DNA of 64,000 nt from contig JAVBRD010000022.1 in the NCBI GenBank assembly GCA_031548365.1, positions 20,250-84,249 on the forward strand. The letters are read 5' to 3'. Under the pieces are notes generated by a model. The model was not told the origin of the DNA. It saw only the letters and a list, made by a program, of their open reading frames with translations, and did no database searches. The stretch's first letter is position 1, and each line of letters starts with the position of its first letter. The translations under genes were made by a program, and so were the position numbers. Below, piece after piece: positions 28,737 to 38,399 of the stretch. Origin of the DNA: Eubacteriales bacterium (GTDB taxonomy: Bacteria > Bacillota > Clostridia > Christensenellales > UBA1750).

Positions 28737-28918
28737 CAGTCTGTCGACAATGCCAGATTCCGGCCCAATCGCGCTTGCTCCGGAGATCCGCTGGGAACCC
28801 ACGGGTTTTTGTGACAAAACGCGGCGTGAGGTTTGGCGAAATGCGCGCCAAAACTCACGCTTCCAATTGGTCCTGATGACGAACCCGGCGCGTCAGCGAT
28901 GGGTTTGTCATCGCGCTG
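28737..28918. mobile_element. MITE-like element with 30-bp flanking direct repeats
   Basis: Ends CAGTCTGTCGACAA...TTTGTCATCGCGCTG (imperfect inverted repeats); direct repeats at 28707-28736 and 28919-28948 (27/30 identical). Confidence 0.6.
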
Positions 28919-28958
28919 AGCAGCCCGGAGGTGATGCTCCGGGCTGCTCTTCATTTGC

Positions 28959-29771
28959 TTACTCTGAGAGGATGTCGCTGACAAGCGCGGCGTTTTCAGC
29001 GACCTGGTCTTTGTCGCGCGTGAACATGCCCACAACGGCGGCGTCTGTTGCCTTCATGCCGCGATACGCGTGCGTGAAGGCGTCGCGGACGTCCTCGGGA
29101 GAGGAACAGCGCCGTCCGCCACCAAGGAGTTTGAACACCAGGCAGGGTTTGCTGACAGCGCGGACAACGTCGAGCATCAGGTCGCGGTCGGGTTCGTCGA
29201 AAGGTTCGCCGTTGTTGAATGGGTCAGGGGTGTCGGTCGTGCGTTCGGGTTTCATAATGTTGTACAGGCATGTCATGTAGAAGTCGACATCCCACTTCTC
29301 TTCCTCAGCGCGCGCGACGAGCTCAGGCAGGTGCGATCCGAGGCCTACTGGTTTGCCTGTCGCACGTATGACGGCGAGATTCCGCTTCAACTCGTCGATG
29401 TTTCCCGCGAGAAAAAGTCTGTCGGAGACGGACCCGTGGTGGTAAATGGCGATGGGGTTGTAGCCTTTGGCGAGGTTGGTGGTGAACTCAATGCTGGTTT
29501 CGCCCGCGGTTTGGGCAACCCAGTGCAGCGTGCCCCCCTCGGCCCGGAACTCGCGGATGTAGCGCGCGGCGTGCCGGTCGGCGCGCACTTGCATGGTGTT
29601 GATGCCGCACATCTCGGCGCGAAACAGCGCTTGCTTGATGCGTTCGGTATTGTAGTAATCCATCATTTGAGCGTCGTGTTCTTTTGACATGTGGGAAAAG
29701 CCAGCGAATGGGTTTCCGCCGATGATCAGGCGCGTGACATCGGTTCCGCACAGGTTGACGGTGGGAAGCAT
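28959..29771 (-). CDS. Aldo/keto reductase-like TIM-barrel protein
   Basis: VTRLIIGGNPF, GINT, YHHG, GLGSH, FKLLGGGR; SD GGAGG. Confidence 0.6.
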   Translation of the reverse strand: MLPTVNLCGTDVTRLIIGGNPFAGFSHMSKEHDAQMMDYYNTERIKQALFRAEMCGINTMQVRADRHAARYIREFRAEGGTLHWVAQTAGETSIEFTTNLAKGYNPIAIYHHGSVSDRLFLAGNIDELKRNLAVIRATGKPVGLGSHLPELVARAEEEKWDVDFYMTCLYNIMKPERTTDTPDPFNNGEPFDEPDRDLMLDVVRAVSKPCLVFKLLGGGRRCSSPEDVRDAFTHAYRGMKATDAAVVGMFTRDKDQVAENAALVSDILSE

Positions 29772-29802
29772 GGTCAACGACCTCCTTTTCTACTTGAGCG
29801 CG

Positions 29803-30699
29803 TTATTCGTGGATGGTCATCTCAAGATCGCACGTCGTCTCGCGCGCGACAAACCCCATGCGGTGGTAGAGCGCTTGCGCGGAGTTGCCTTGCGCGACGA
29901 AGAGCCGCAGGAGCGGATGCGTGCCACTCAACGCGTTGAGCGCTTTGAGGATCATGGCATCCCCCAAGTGTTGACCGCGCCAGAGCGGGTGAATGGCAAT
30001 ATCCCAGATCACGGGCGTTCCAGCCCAGAGTGTGACAATGGACGCGCCAACCGGCTCTTTGCCGAATAACAACAGGCTCGATGCCCGCGAGCAGCTCGCG
30101 TCGCGCTTGGAGAAGGCGTAGGAGAGGTCTTCGGCAAATTCATCGGGCGTTGTGCGAAGCGGATCTTTGCCGTCGTAAGCGGCGCATAGCAGCTGGCTGA
30201 CGGCGGGGATGTTTTTTTTTGTCACCCCTACAAGCTCAAAACCTTCTGGCAGCCACCACTCGCACTTCTGCGTGGGCCGCGCCATCGCGCAGCACCAAAC
30301 CATGCCGTCGCCTTCGCCTTTGACAGGCATCCACCCTGCGCGCATGAAGTGGGCCAGCTCGCTTTGTCGGATACCCGGTGCGATCGCGCGGCCCGGAGGT
30401 GTGATCTTGCGCAGGTGGGAGGAAAGCGCGGTGATGATGCTTCCCAACCCCTCCACAGGAGGAACGGCGAAGGGGTACGCGAGTACGCCGGGTCCGATGA
30501 CCGCGCCGCCGACCACAACGCCTTGGCGAAGCAAAAAGTGCGTGGGCTGCCCTTCGAGCATCCCGCGGAACTCGGCTTCTGTGCGGTAGTGCTCGTCCGC
30601 GCCGCGGTAGAGCGATGCCCAAACGGCAAACTCATCCGAAGGGGTCGATTTGAGCGCGTACCCTGGCGTGATGTAGAGTGGCTGATCCATCGCGATCAC
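29803..30699 (-). CDS. GNAT-family N-acetyltransferase (tandem domain)
   Basis: IAIHPLWRGQHLG and NSAQALYHRMGF motifs. Confidence 0.8.
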   Translation of the reverse strand: MIAMDQPLYITPGYALKSTPSDEFAVWASLYRGADEHYRTEAEFRGMLEGQPTHFLLRQGVVVGGAVIGPGVLAYPFAVPPVEGLGSIITALSSHLRKITPPGRAIAPGIRQSELAHFMRAGWMPVKGEGDGMVWCCAMARPTQKCEWWLPEGFELVGVTKKNIPAVSQLLCAAYDGKDPLRTTPDEFAEDLSYAFSKRDASCSRASSLLLFGKEPVGASIVTLWAGTPVIWDIAIHPLWRGQHLGDAMILKALNALSGTHPLLRLFVAQGNSAQALYHRMGFVARETTCDLEMTIHE

Positions 30700-30709
30700 C
30701 TTTGCCTTT

Positions 30710-33220
30710 TCATGTGCTGGGTGCGTCGAGGAAGGTTCCGGGGCGTGGTGCGTCGTCGGTCACGGGTTTGTTCTTACGATCGAGGTAGGCGCGCATGATC
30801 TCTTTTGCTGCGTCTGAGGACCAAAGCCCGGCGTAGCCGTTTTCGATGACGACAACGATTGCGATTTCGGGGGCGTCATTGGGAACGTAGCACGTAAACC
30901 ACGCGGTGTTTTCGATGTCGATGTTGTTTGCGGTCTGCGCTGTGCCCGTCTTGGCATTGATCAAGCTGGTGTACGGGAAGTCGCGGAAGCGTTTTTCGCC
31001 GGTTCCGCCGTCTTCAGGGGAGAGCACGCCGTGCATTCCGGCCTGTATGTGTTCCAGCGCCCACTCGGCGTTCGTAAGCTGGGAGACGACCGTGGGCTGT
31101 TTGTCGACCACGGTTTTTCCGTCGGGCGCGACGACCGCGTCCACGATGTGCGCTTCGTACACCGTACCCCCGTTGGCGATCGCGGAAATATACCGCGCGA
31201 CCGATATGGGCGTAAGCCCCGTGATTGACTGGCCGATGCCGGTCATGATCGTCTCGGTGGGCGTCCAGCGGATCTCGTTTAAGTATTGCAGCGTTTGGTT
31301 GACCAGATCGCGCTGCGAAATCACCGAAGAGGCAAGCCCCGTGACCTCGATGTAAATGTTGCGCACCTTTGTGCCTGCGCCCTCGGTCGGTTCGCTCACG
31401 AGCTCAAAAAGCCTGGCGACCGTGCGATCGAGGCGTTCTTCGTCGAGCGTAAGCCCGCTCGCTTCACCGGCCTCACGCAGCCGCGCCTTTATGGCATTGG
31501 CGACGATCAGCGGCTTGGACGTGCGTTGTCCGTCGATGGAACGCGTTGGATCGTAAAGCATTTCGCGGTTGCCTACGATGCTGGTGGACTCCTGCGGAAG
31601 CTCAATGCCCGTCTTGCTGGTCAGACCAAGCCGAGACGTCCACGCATACAGGCGGTCGATGCCTAAACGGTCGGAGACTTCGTAGAAGTAGTAGTTGCAC
31701 GAGTGAAGCAGTGCCATGCGGATGTCCTGATTCTGGTGGTCCGAAGGATGCTTTGTCCAGCAGACGGGGCCGTGACCGGATGTGACGTATTTGTTGAAGT
31801 AGCCCTCATCGTCGATTTGCTCGGTGGGGGTGACGGCGTTTTCCATCAGCGCCGCCAACCCTGTGGCCATTTTGAAGATGGATCCCGGAGGGAAACGTGA
31901 GCTGATCGCGCGGTTATACAGCGGTTTTAAGGGGTTCTCATCGCCAAGCTTCTTGTAGTCTTCCTCGCTGATCCCGCCGATGAACACCTGCGGATCGTAA
32001 CCGGGGTAGCTGACCTGAGATAAAACATCACCGCTGCGCACGTCCATGACGATGGCGGCGCCTGAGCCGGCGAACTGTATCTCGCGTCCTCCCCGGTCGG
32101 CCACTTTTTTTTCATAGGCAGCCGTGGCCTCCGGTGTGGCGGCCTCGAGAAGCTTTTTCTCCTCAGCGTAACTGGTTTCGATGTTTTTCTTGAGCGCTTC
32201 GTATGTCACGTTTTGCAAATAGAGGTCGATCGTCAGGCGCACGTTGTTGCCAGAAGAGGCCGGCAGTTCGTCAACGGTGCGGAGGGGCCTGTTGCGATTG
32301 TCCACCTCGAGCAGGCGGTAACCTTGGCGCTCGGAGGAGTTTCCAGTGAGCTGGTCCTCCAGTGTGTACTCAACGCCCGTCACACCCACGAGGTCGTTGG
32401 CGTCGTAGCCGCGCGATGTGTAGTCCTTGAGGGTTCTGTCCGGGATTTTGGCGATGTATCCCGATAGGTGGCCGGTCAACTCGCCCCGGGGGTACACGCG
32501 GCGCGTGGACTCAACCACGTTAAAGCCAGTGAGCGCGTCCGAGTATGCCGCGATCTGCGCCACGACATTGAAGGGTACGTTGCTCGCGATAACGCTGGGC
32601 GTGCCGAGAAAAGCCGTCATACGGCTGACCTGCCAAATGGAGAGCACCTTGGATGCGTGTTCAAAGCCCTTAGCGGGGTCAATCCCGTAGCGCGCGCAGA
32701 GCGTTTCATAAATTTTATCGACCGGGTAATCATCGGCGCTCAGATCCATGTTGTCTCGCCACTGGCTCTCGCGCGAAGCGTTGACGTCGGGCAGCTCGGA
32801 GCCGAAATCAAGATAGAACGCACCGTTTTCGCCTTGCTTGAGGTAAAACCCCCCGATGGTGCTCCCGCCATTGGCTTCAACCATGCCAATGACGGTCTCC
32901 ATCGCGTGCGTGTGCTGGTCTTTTCCGTATTGCCGAAACTCTTTGTTATTGAAAATCGTTGGGTCGCGGTAAAAAGTGATGTCATAGCTCTTGACGTCGT
33001 GTGCGATGAGCAGCCCGTTGCGGTCGTATATGGATCCGCGAGCGCCTTTGATGGCCACGCTCTTGGTTTTGACCATCTCGGATGATTTAACGTTTTCCTC
33101 GCCGGAGCGCACCTGCAAGTTTAGAAGCTGAATAAACACAATGCCAAAGAGAAGGAATGAGAGAACACTGATCGCGACATACCTTGATACTGAGCCCGCT
33201 TTGGGTTGGCTGATGTTCAT
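30710..33220 (-). CDS. mrdA: Class B penicillin-binding protein (PBP2)
   Basis: N-terminal TM, RGSIYDRNG, SIFK, SCN and KTGTAQ motifs; follows mreD. Confidence 0.9.
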   Translation of the reverse strand: MNISQPKAGSVSRYVAISVLSFLLFGIVFIQLLNLQVRSGEENVKSSEMVKTKSVAIKGARGSIYDRNGLLIAHDVKSYDITFYRDPTIFNNKEFRQYGKDQHTHAMETVIGMVEANGGSTIGGFYLKQGENGAFYLDFGSELPDVNASRESQWRDNMDLSADDYPVDKIYETLCARYGIDPAKGFEHASKVLSIWQVSRMTAFLGTPSVIASNVPFNVVAQIAAYSDALTGFNVVESTRRVYPRGELTGHLSGYIAKIPDRTLKDYTSRGYDANDLVGVTGVEYTLEDQLTGNSSERQGYRLLEVDNRNRPLRTVDELPASSGNNVRLTIDLYLQNVTYEALKKNIETSYAEEKKLLEAATPEATAAYEKKVADRGGREIQFAGSGAAIVMDVRSGDVLSQVSYPGYDPQVFIGGISEEDYKKLGDENPLKPLYNRAISSRFPPGSIFKMATGLAALMENAVTPTEQIDDEGYFNKYVTSGHGPVCWTKHPSDHQNQDIRMALLHSCNYYFYEVSDRLGIDRLYAWTSRLGLTSKTGIELPQESTSIVGNREMLYDPTRSIDGQRTSKPLIVANAIKARLREAGEASGLTLDEERLDRTVARLFELVSEPTEGAGTKVRNIYIEVTGLASSVISQRDLVNQTLQYLNEIRWTPTETIMTGIGQSITGLTPISVARYISAIANGGTVYEAHIVDAVVAPDGKTVVDKQPTVVSQLTNAEWALEHIQAGMHGVLSPEDGGTGEKRFRDFPYTSLINAKTGTAQTANNIDIENTAWFTCYVPNDAPEIAIVVVIENGYAGLWSSDAAKEIMRAYLDRKNKPVTDDAPRPGTFLDAPST

Positions 33221-33275
33221 GTGGTCACCTCTTAATCAAGCCTGCATCGGTTTGCATGGGTAGATGGGATCGCGG

Positions 33276-33842
33276 CTAAAAAATGCCGCGCCGTCTCGGA
33301 TGCCGAAGCAAGAGGAGCGGCTGAGCGATTACAAGCGCGCACGCGGCGGTGGCGAGCATGGTTCCGGAGACGCGCGCCAAGACGTCCGTGCCGGTCATTG
33401 CAACACCGACCAAGATTGCGATGCAAACGACAATCAGCTCTTTGAGCGCGCATGCGGCGAGCGTGGCGGCGATGGGCTTGATGACATGGTCGGAGAAGCT
33501 TCGCCTTCGTTTGTCGCTCGCGTCAACCAGAAAAACGCTGCGTGTGATGCGGATATTGGCCTCGATCCACCCCGACTGCGACGACAGGAGGCCGCCGGCG
33601 AGGCCGCACGCCATGTAGATCAAAGCGTAAGTTCCAAGTCCGTCCGTAAAAAGCGAATCGAGCATCAGCCCGGCAATGATGCCGGAGAGCGCGCCGCGCG
33701 CAGGACCGCTCGCCAACCCAACGCACACAACGACGGCGAGCACAGCGTCTACCCGCGCGCCGCGCAGAGTAAGAAGCGGCAGAAGCGTGCCTTGCAGCGC
33801 AGTCGCGGCCGCGAGAAGCAGGCATTCGACGATCAGCGTCAC
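33276..33842 (-). CDS. mreD: Rod shape-determining protein MreD
   Basis: Hydrophobic, G..AGL..D...GTYAL; lies between mreC and pbp2. Confidence 0.75.
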   Translation of the reverse strand: MTLIVECLLLAAATALQGTLLPLLTLRGARVDAVLAVVVCVGLASGPARGALSGIIAGLMLDSLFTDGLGTYALIYMACGLAGGLLSSQSGWIEANIRITRSVFLVDASDKRRRSFSDHVIKPIAATLAACALKELIVVCIAILVGVAMTGTDVLARVSGTMLATAACALVIAQPLLLLRHPRRRGIF

Positions 33843-33843
33843 G

Positions 33844-34767
33844 TCATGGCCCTCCCTGAGGAGCGGGTGTGGGGGAGGCCTTGGGCGCGGCCGAGGGTGT
33901 GGCCGTGGGAATTGGCAAACGGTCAGGCTTGCCCTCCGACGTGCCGTCGACCATGATCAAGACGTTTTCCACGCGCAAGATGTCCTCCGCGGGCTGTATG
34001 CTGGCAAACGAAGGCGTAACGCCCTGATTGCGCGATATCTGCGTCACGTTCCCGATGACAAGCCCTTTGGGCATCAGCTGATCCATGCCGGAGGTGATCA
34101 CGCGGTCGCCGGGAACGAGTAAGGCGTCAAACGGCAAAAACTCCATCCGGCAGGGATCGCCGTTGGAGCCTGAAATCATGTTGCCACGAACGAGTCCGTT
34201 GTCGCGCGAACGCTCGACCAGCCCGCTGACCGAGCAGCGCGTGTCCAAGAGCGTGCACACACGCGCGGTTGAGTCGGTGGTGTCCACGATGTAGCCGATC
34301 AGCCCTTTGGCCGTTACGACAGGATCCCATTTTCGGATGCCCTGCTTCGCGCCCTGGTCGATGACCAGCTCCATGTAACTGGAGTCGGGGTGGCGCCCGA
34401 TCACACGTGCGGCGTGAAAATCATGCTCTGGTGTCGTGTCGATGTATTTTTGCTGCTCAAGCAAGCGTTTGTTTTCCTCCGAAGCTTCGGAGAGCGCGAG
34501 CACCTCTGCCTTGAGCGCTTCGTGTTCCTCGGACAGCTGTAGAAACGCGGCTTCAAGGTCCTGGTCGTATGTACGCTTGATCAGGTAGGTGCGCGCGTTG
34601 TCGACCAGGCCCTGCGTCAGTCCCGTGAGCGGGCGTGACAAAAATCGAATCCCACTCGAAAAAAAAGGAATCTCAAGCCTGCCGGAAGCGGAAAACAACA
34701 CCAGCGCCGTCAATCCCAATAGGGCGGCGATGATGATGGGCTTACCGAAACGGCTCCAAAATGACAT
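33844..34767 (-). CDS. mreC: Rod shape-determining protein MreC
   Basis: TM plus coiled coil (EENKRL), IDQG, VITSG..PKGL.IG. Confidence 0.9.
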   Translation of the reverse strand: MSFWSRFGKPIIIAALLGLTALVLFSASGRLEIPFFSSGIRFLSRPLTGLTQGLVDNARTYLIKRTYDQDLEAAFLQLSEEHEALKAEVLALSEASEENKRLLEQQKYIDTTPEHDFHAARVIGRHPDSSYMELVIDQGAKQGIRKWDPVVTAKGLIGYIVDTTDSTARVCTLLDTRCSVSGLVERSRDNGLVRGNMISGSNGDPCRMEFLPFDALLVPGDRVITSGMDQLMPKGLVIGNVTQISRNQGVTPSFASIQPAEDILRVENVLIMVDGTSEGKPDRLPIPTATPSAAPKASPTPAPQGGP

Positions 34768-34787
34768 GCGTCAATCCTTTGCTTGCG

Positions 34788-35816
34788 TTAATCGTCCCGC
34801 GAGGGGGAGAGCGCGTGCCGAAGCACGGCAATATCCTCTGCCATGCGCCCGGCGCCGATGACCACGCAGTCAAGCGGGTTGTCGGCAATCAGGACGGGCA
34901 TGCCCGTCTCCAGTGAAATCAGCGTGTCCAGCCCGTGGAGCAGCGCGCCGCCACCCGTGAGCACGATGCCGCGCTCCATGATGTCAGACGCAAGCTCCGG
35001 CGGAGTTTTCTCAAGGCATCCTTTGATGGCTTCGACGATTTGCATCACAGGCTCGCGCAACGCTTCGCGAATCTCGTCCGATGTGATCTCAAGCGTCTGC
35101 GGTAAGCCGGTGATCAAGTCACGGCCGCGCACCGTGGCCATCTCTTGCCGCTCGACCGCGAGCGCGGAACCAATGTTGATTTTGACTTCTTCAGCCGTCC
35201 GTTCACCGATGAGCAGGTTGCGGTCCTTCTTGATGTACGCGATGATGGCATCATCCAGCTTGTTCCCGCCTACGCGGATGGATCGCGCCGTGACGATGCC
35301 GCCCAGCGAAATGACCGCGACCTCGCTCGTGCCGCCCCCGATGTCCACGACCATGCTCCCTGTGGGGTCCTGCACAGGCAGTCCAGCGCCGATTGCGGCG
35401 GCCATGGGTTCCTCGACGATGAAGGCCTGCCGCGCGCCTGCCGAGCGCGTCGCTTCGTCCACCGCGCGCCGTTCGACCGCCGTCACGCCGCAGGGCACGC
35501 ACACGACTACCCTCGGCTTGAACAGCGGGAAACTCGTCCCCGTGGCTTTGCGGATGAAATACTTGAGCATGATTTCAGTGACGTCAAAGTCGGCGATGAC
35601 GCCCTCGTGCATGGGACGCATCGCCGTGATGTTGCCGGGCGTGCGCCCGATCATGCGTTTGGCCTCTTCGCCAACAGCGAGAACTTCGCGGCGCGACTCG
35701 TTGCGCACGGCGACAACGCTTGGCTCGCGGATGATGATGCCCCTGCCGCGCATATAGACAAGCACATTGGCGGTGCCAAGATCAATGCCCAGATCGTGAG
35801 AAAAAAATGAACACAT
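34788..35816 (-). CDS. mreB: Rod shape-determining protein MreB
   Basis: [31 protein letters not shown]. Confidence 0.97.
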   Translation of the reverse strand: MCSFFSHDLGIDLGTANVLVYMRGRGIIIREPSVVAVRNESRREVLAVGEEAKRMIGRTPGNITAMRPMHEGVIADFDVTEIMLKYFIRKATGTSFPLFKPRVVVCVPCGVTAVERRAVDEATRSAGARQAFIVEEPMAAAIGAGLPVQDPTGSMVVDIGGGTSEVAVISLGGIVTARSIRVGGNKLDDAIIAYIKKDRNLLIGERTAEEVKINIGSALAVERQEMATVRGRDLITGLPQTLEITSDEIREALREPVMQIVEAIKGCLEKTPPELASDIMERGIVLTGGGALLHGLDTLISLETGMPVLIADNPLDCVVIGAGRMAEDIAVLRHALSPSRDD

Positions 35817-35962
35817 CGCTGTATCTCCTTTGGTGGGAACGCTCCGCGTTTGAGGGCTTGTCCGGCGATGACCACGCGGCGATAATGCGTATCCATAAAA
35901 CTTCGCCGTCATCATAGGTATATCCTTTTTTTGTAAGCCAATTCGCGCGTGGGAGCAAGGCG

Positions 35963-36541
35963 TTACAGCTCCTGCAGGCCGAAATCGCGAGAAAGGACCG
36001 ATCGCACGCGACATAGGGGAAGACCCATCACGTTGTGGTAGTCTCCGCAAATCCGGGCAACGTATGTACCTGCCAGCCCTTGCACTGAGAAAGCGCCCGC
36101 ACGGTCGAGTACGTCGTCGGCAAGCAGGAGGCGCTCAATACTGGGAGGAGGGATTACATCAAATGTGACGTCGGTGATCTCGTGAAACGTGACGTGATGG
36201 CCGGTTAAGCTGTCAAGTAGGCAGACACCTGTGAGCACGCGCACAGTCGATGAGGAAAGCGCGGCGAGCATGGCGCGTGCGTGGGTGATATCGCGGGGCT
36301 TTGCATAGACGGAGTCTCCCAACGCAACGATGGTGTCTGCGGCCAAGATGATGGCAGGATGCGACAGCCGCGGGGCTACCGCGCCCGCTTTGCGTACGGA
36401 GAGATCCTCGAGCGCTTGCCCCAGCCCGAGCGGTGCGAGCGTTTCATCGACGTCAGGTGGATGCACATCGAAAGGATAACCAAGAAGTCCGAGCAGGTCA
36501 CGCCGTCTCGGGGATGCGGACGCCAACACGAGGCGGTTCAC
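35963..36541 (-). CDS. maf: Maf nucleoside triphosphate pyrophosphatase
   Basis: [20 protein letters not shown]. Confidence 0.92.
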   Translation of the reverse strand: MNRLVLASASPRRRDLLGLLGYPFDVHPPDVDETLAPLGLGQALEDLSVRKAGAVAPRLSHPAIILAADTIVALGDSVYAKPRDITHARAMLAALSSSTVRVLTGVCLLDSLTGHHVTFHEITDVTFDVIPPPSIERLLLADDVLDRAGAFSVQGLAGTYVARICGDYHNVMGLPLCRVRSVLSRDFGLQEL

Positions 36542-36792
36542 CGCAGCGCGAAAAACAGGCCGGCAAGCGCGCCTGCTGCGCCACCGAGATTAAAGCGCAA
36601 CACGATGCCAAATGTCAGCCGGATGAACACCAGATCAAGCGTCCAAGGCGCCGCAGTTGATCCAACATCGTAAGTCGCGCGGAGAATCTCGGGCAATATC
36701 GGCGAGATGACCGCCCAGAGCGCCGTGCCAATGATCGCGCCGCCAAGCATGGAGATGGTGATGATCAAAGCGGATTGCCGTTTCATGGCCAT
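36538..36792 (-). CDS. Small membrane protein (DUF4321-like)
   Basis: G.IIG.., LDL....TFG..L..N pattern; upstream of maf. Confidence 0.6.
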   Translation of the reverse strand: MAMKRQSALIITISMLGGAIIGTALWAVISPILPEILRATYDVGSTAAPWTLDLVFIRLTFGIVLRFNLGGAAGALAGLFFALR

Positions 36793-36816
36793 GGCGATGA
36801 CCTCTCTTCTGTACGT

Positions 36817-37512
36817 CTACAGCTCGTAAAGCTGAAAGTCCAGCCGGTCGCAGGAGACCTGATGGTAGAACACGCCGTTTCGTTCGCCGTGGAAGCAGGT
36901 TTTCAGGCTTCCTCCGTGCAGATGGCCGTAGAGCACATCCTTGACGCCGTTCGACTCGAGCTGGCCGGTGAATCCTGAGCTTTCGCGCGCTTCGTTGAAC
37001 GGCGGATAGTGCATCATGACAATGAGCCGCTCTCCGTCATTGAGCGGCAAAGCGGCCCGGAGTGAAAGCCTCAGGCGGTGCACTTCGCGGTTGTAGATGC
37101 GTTCGTCATCGGAGGAGAGTTTGCCTGATCCAGGGCTTGGGCAAATCCATCCGCGTGTGCCGCAAACGACGAGCGGCCCAAAGCGCAGAGCGTCGTTTTG
37201 TAGCGCGTAAACGTCTTTTGGGAGCGCTGCTCTCACTTGTGTCACGCTCGACCACCAGTAGTCGTGGTTGCCGCGCATAATCACTTTTCTACCGGGGAAG
37301 GTCGCAATTTTTCCGAGATCCGGAACCGCGTTTTTCAGCGTCATGGCCCAGCTGATGTCGCCGGGAATGAGGATGACGTCGTCGGAGGAGACTCGGTCGG
37401 CCGCATCGCGCGATATGCGCTCAAAGTGATCCTGCCATCCGTTGCCGAAGAGGTCCATGGGCTTGTCTTCGCCGCCAGGAAGATGCAAATCACTGATCGC
37501 AAAAATTCGCAA
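36817..37512 (-). CDS. Calcineurin-like metallophosphoesterase
   Basis: DLH, GDISW, GNHD, YGHLH; TTG start after GGGAGG. Confidence 0.88.
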   Translation of the reverse strand: MRIFAISDLHLPGGEDKPMDLFGNGWQDHFERISRDAADRVSSDDVILIPGDISWAMTLKNAVPDLGKIATFPGRKVIMRGNHDYWWSSVTQVRAALPKDVYALQNDALRFGPLVVCGTRGWICPSPGSGKLSSDDERIYNREVHRLRLSLRAALPLNDGERLIVMMHYPPFNEARESSGFTGQLESNGVKDVLYGHLHGGSLKTCFHGERNGVFYHQVSCDRLDFQLYEL

Positions 37513-37719
37513 CGATAGACCTCCCGGTTTTTTTGTGCCCGTAGCTTTGATTTTTATCGTCGCGGATTTGCACGAAGCCGCAACCGGAACAGCAGTGTCC
37601 GAGGATCGGCACCGCACAAAGGAGTGTCGCTGATGACGGGGGAACATTTTGCCTCAAGAAGAGGAGGCTGCGCTGCATTGGGACACATGCAGCTATGATG
37701 TGGCAAGAAGCGACGTGCC

Positions 37720-38172
37720 TTAGATGTCTTCCTCTTCTTCGTCCTCATCTTCGTCTTCGGCAAGCGCTTCAAGGCTATCATCTACGATAATCGCGCCGTC
37801 GAGCAGCTCGTCGGCCGAGTCGTCGCCCAGTTCCTGATCAATCTCTTTGTATTCACGCTCGGGAATGTCGTCGCCGGCGACAATTTCGATCTCATCCATG
37901 CCGCTGACTGATGCGGGATCAAGCATATCCTCCGCGGGTATGGGCGCTGTGTCGTCCGCACTTGAGAGCGCCGTGTGGCGGGCGATCTCGCGAAGGCAAA
38001 CGTAGCAGAGTTCTTCGCCCGGCACAATCGGGTTCTCCCCGCACTCGGGACAGATGTCTGCGGCGTCGTCGCGCACCTCTTCGCCGTGGAGTTCGCGCTT
38101 GCATACCGCGCAGTACTTATCGGTCTCGTTCATGTAATTGAGTTCACACCTGGGGCACTTAACCAATGCCAT
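37720..38172 (-). CDS. Hypothetical protein: two C4 zinc ribbons plus acidic tail
   Basis: CPRC..CAVC, CPEC..CYVC, D/E-rich C-terminus. Confidence 0.75.
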   Translation of the reverse strand: MALVKCPRCELNYMNETDKYCAVCKRELHGEEVRDDAADICPECGENPIVPGEELCYVCLREIARHTALSSADDTAPIPAEDMLDPASVSGMDEIEIVAGDDIPEREYKEIDQELGDDSADELLDGAIIVDDSLEALAEDEDEDEEEEDI

Positions 38173-38399
38173 CACTAATACGTCCCTTTCGCATCTGCAA
38201 TCTACAGGAAGTTGCTTGTAACGTAATTGCCTACGAGGTCGAATACCACCCAAATATCGGGCTTTTTGGAAATTACCATGTTTTGACATGGGAATTAATT
38301 GCCATTTTGCTTGCCTAAACATAGTAATAATGGCTACAATTTCAACGAACTCCGGGAACAAAAGGCGAAAAAGCCACCGGAGACAAAAGGAGGCAAAAC

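Noticed and set aside
38350-38382. Hairpin in the CAP gene leader as a c-di-GMP or c-di-AMP riboswitch
   Set aside because: It is too short and lacks the second stem, the conserved motifs and an expression platform.
38303-38399. Third anti-SD element (TTTTGCTTGCCT versus AGGAGGCAAAA)
   Set aside because: The pairing is imperfect and distant, and the gene is divergently oriented, so there is no read-through to block.
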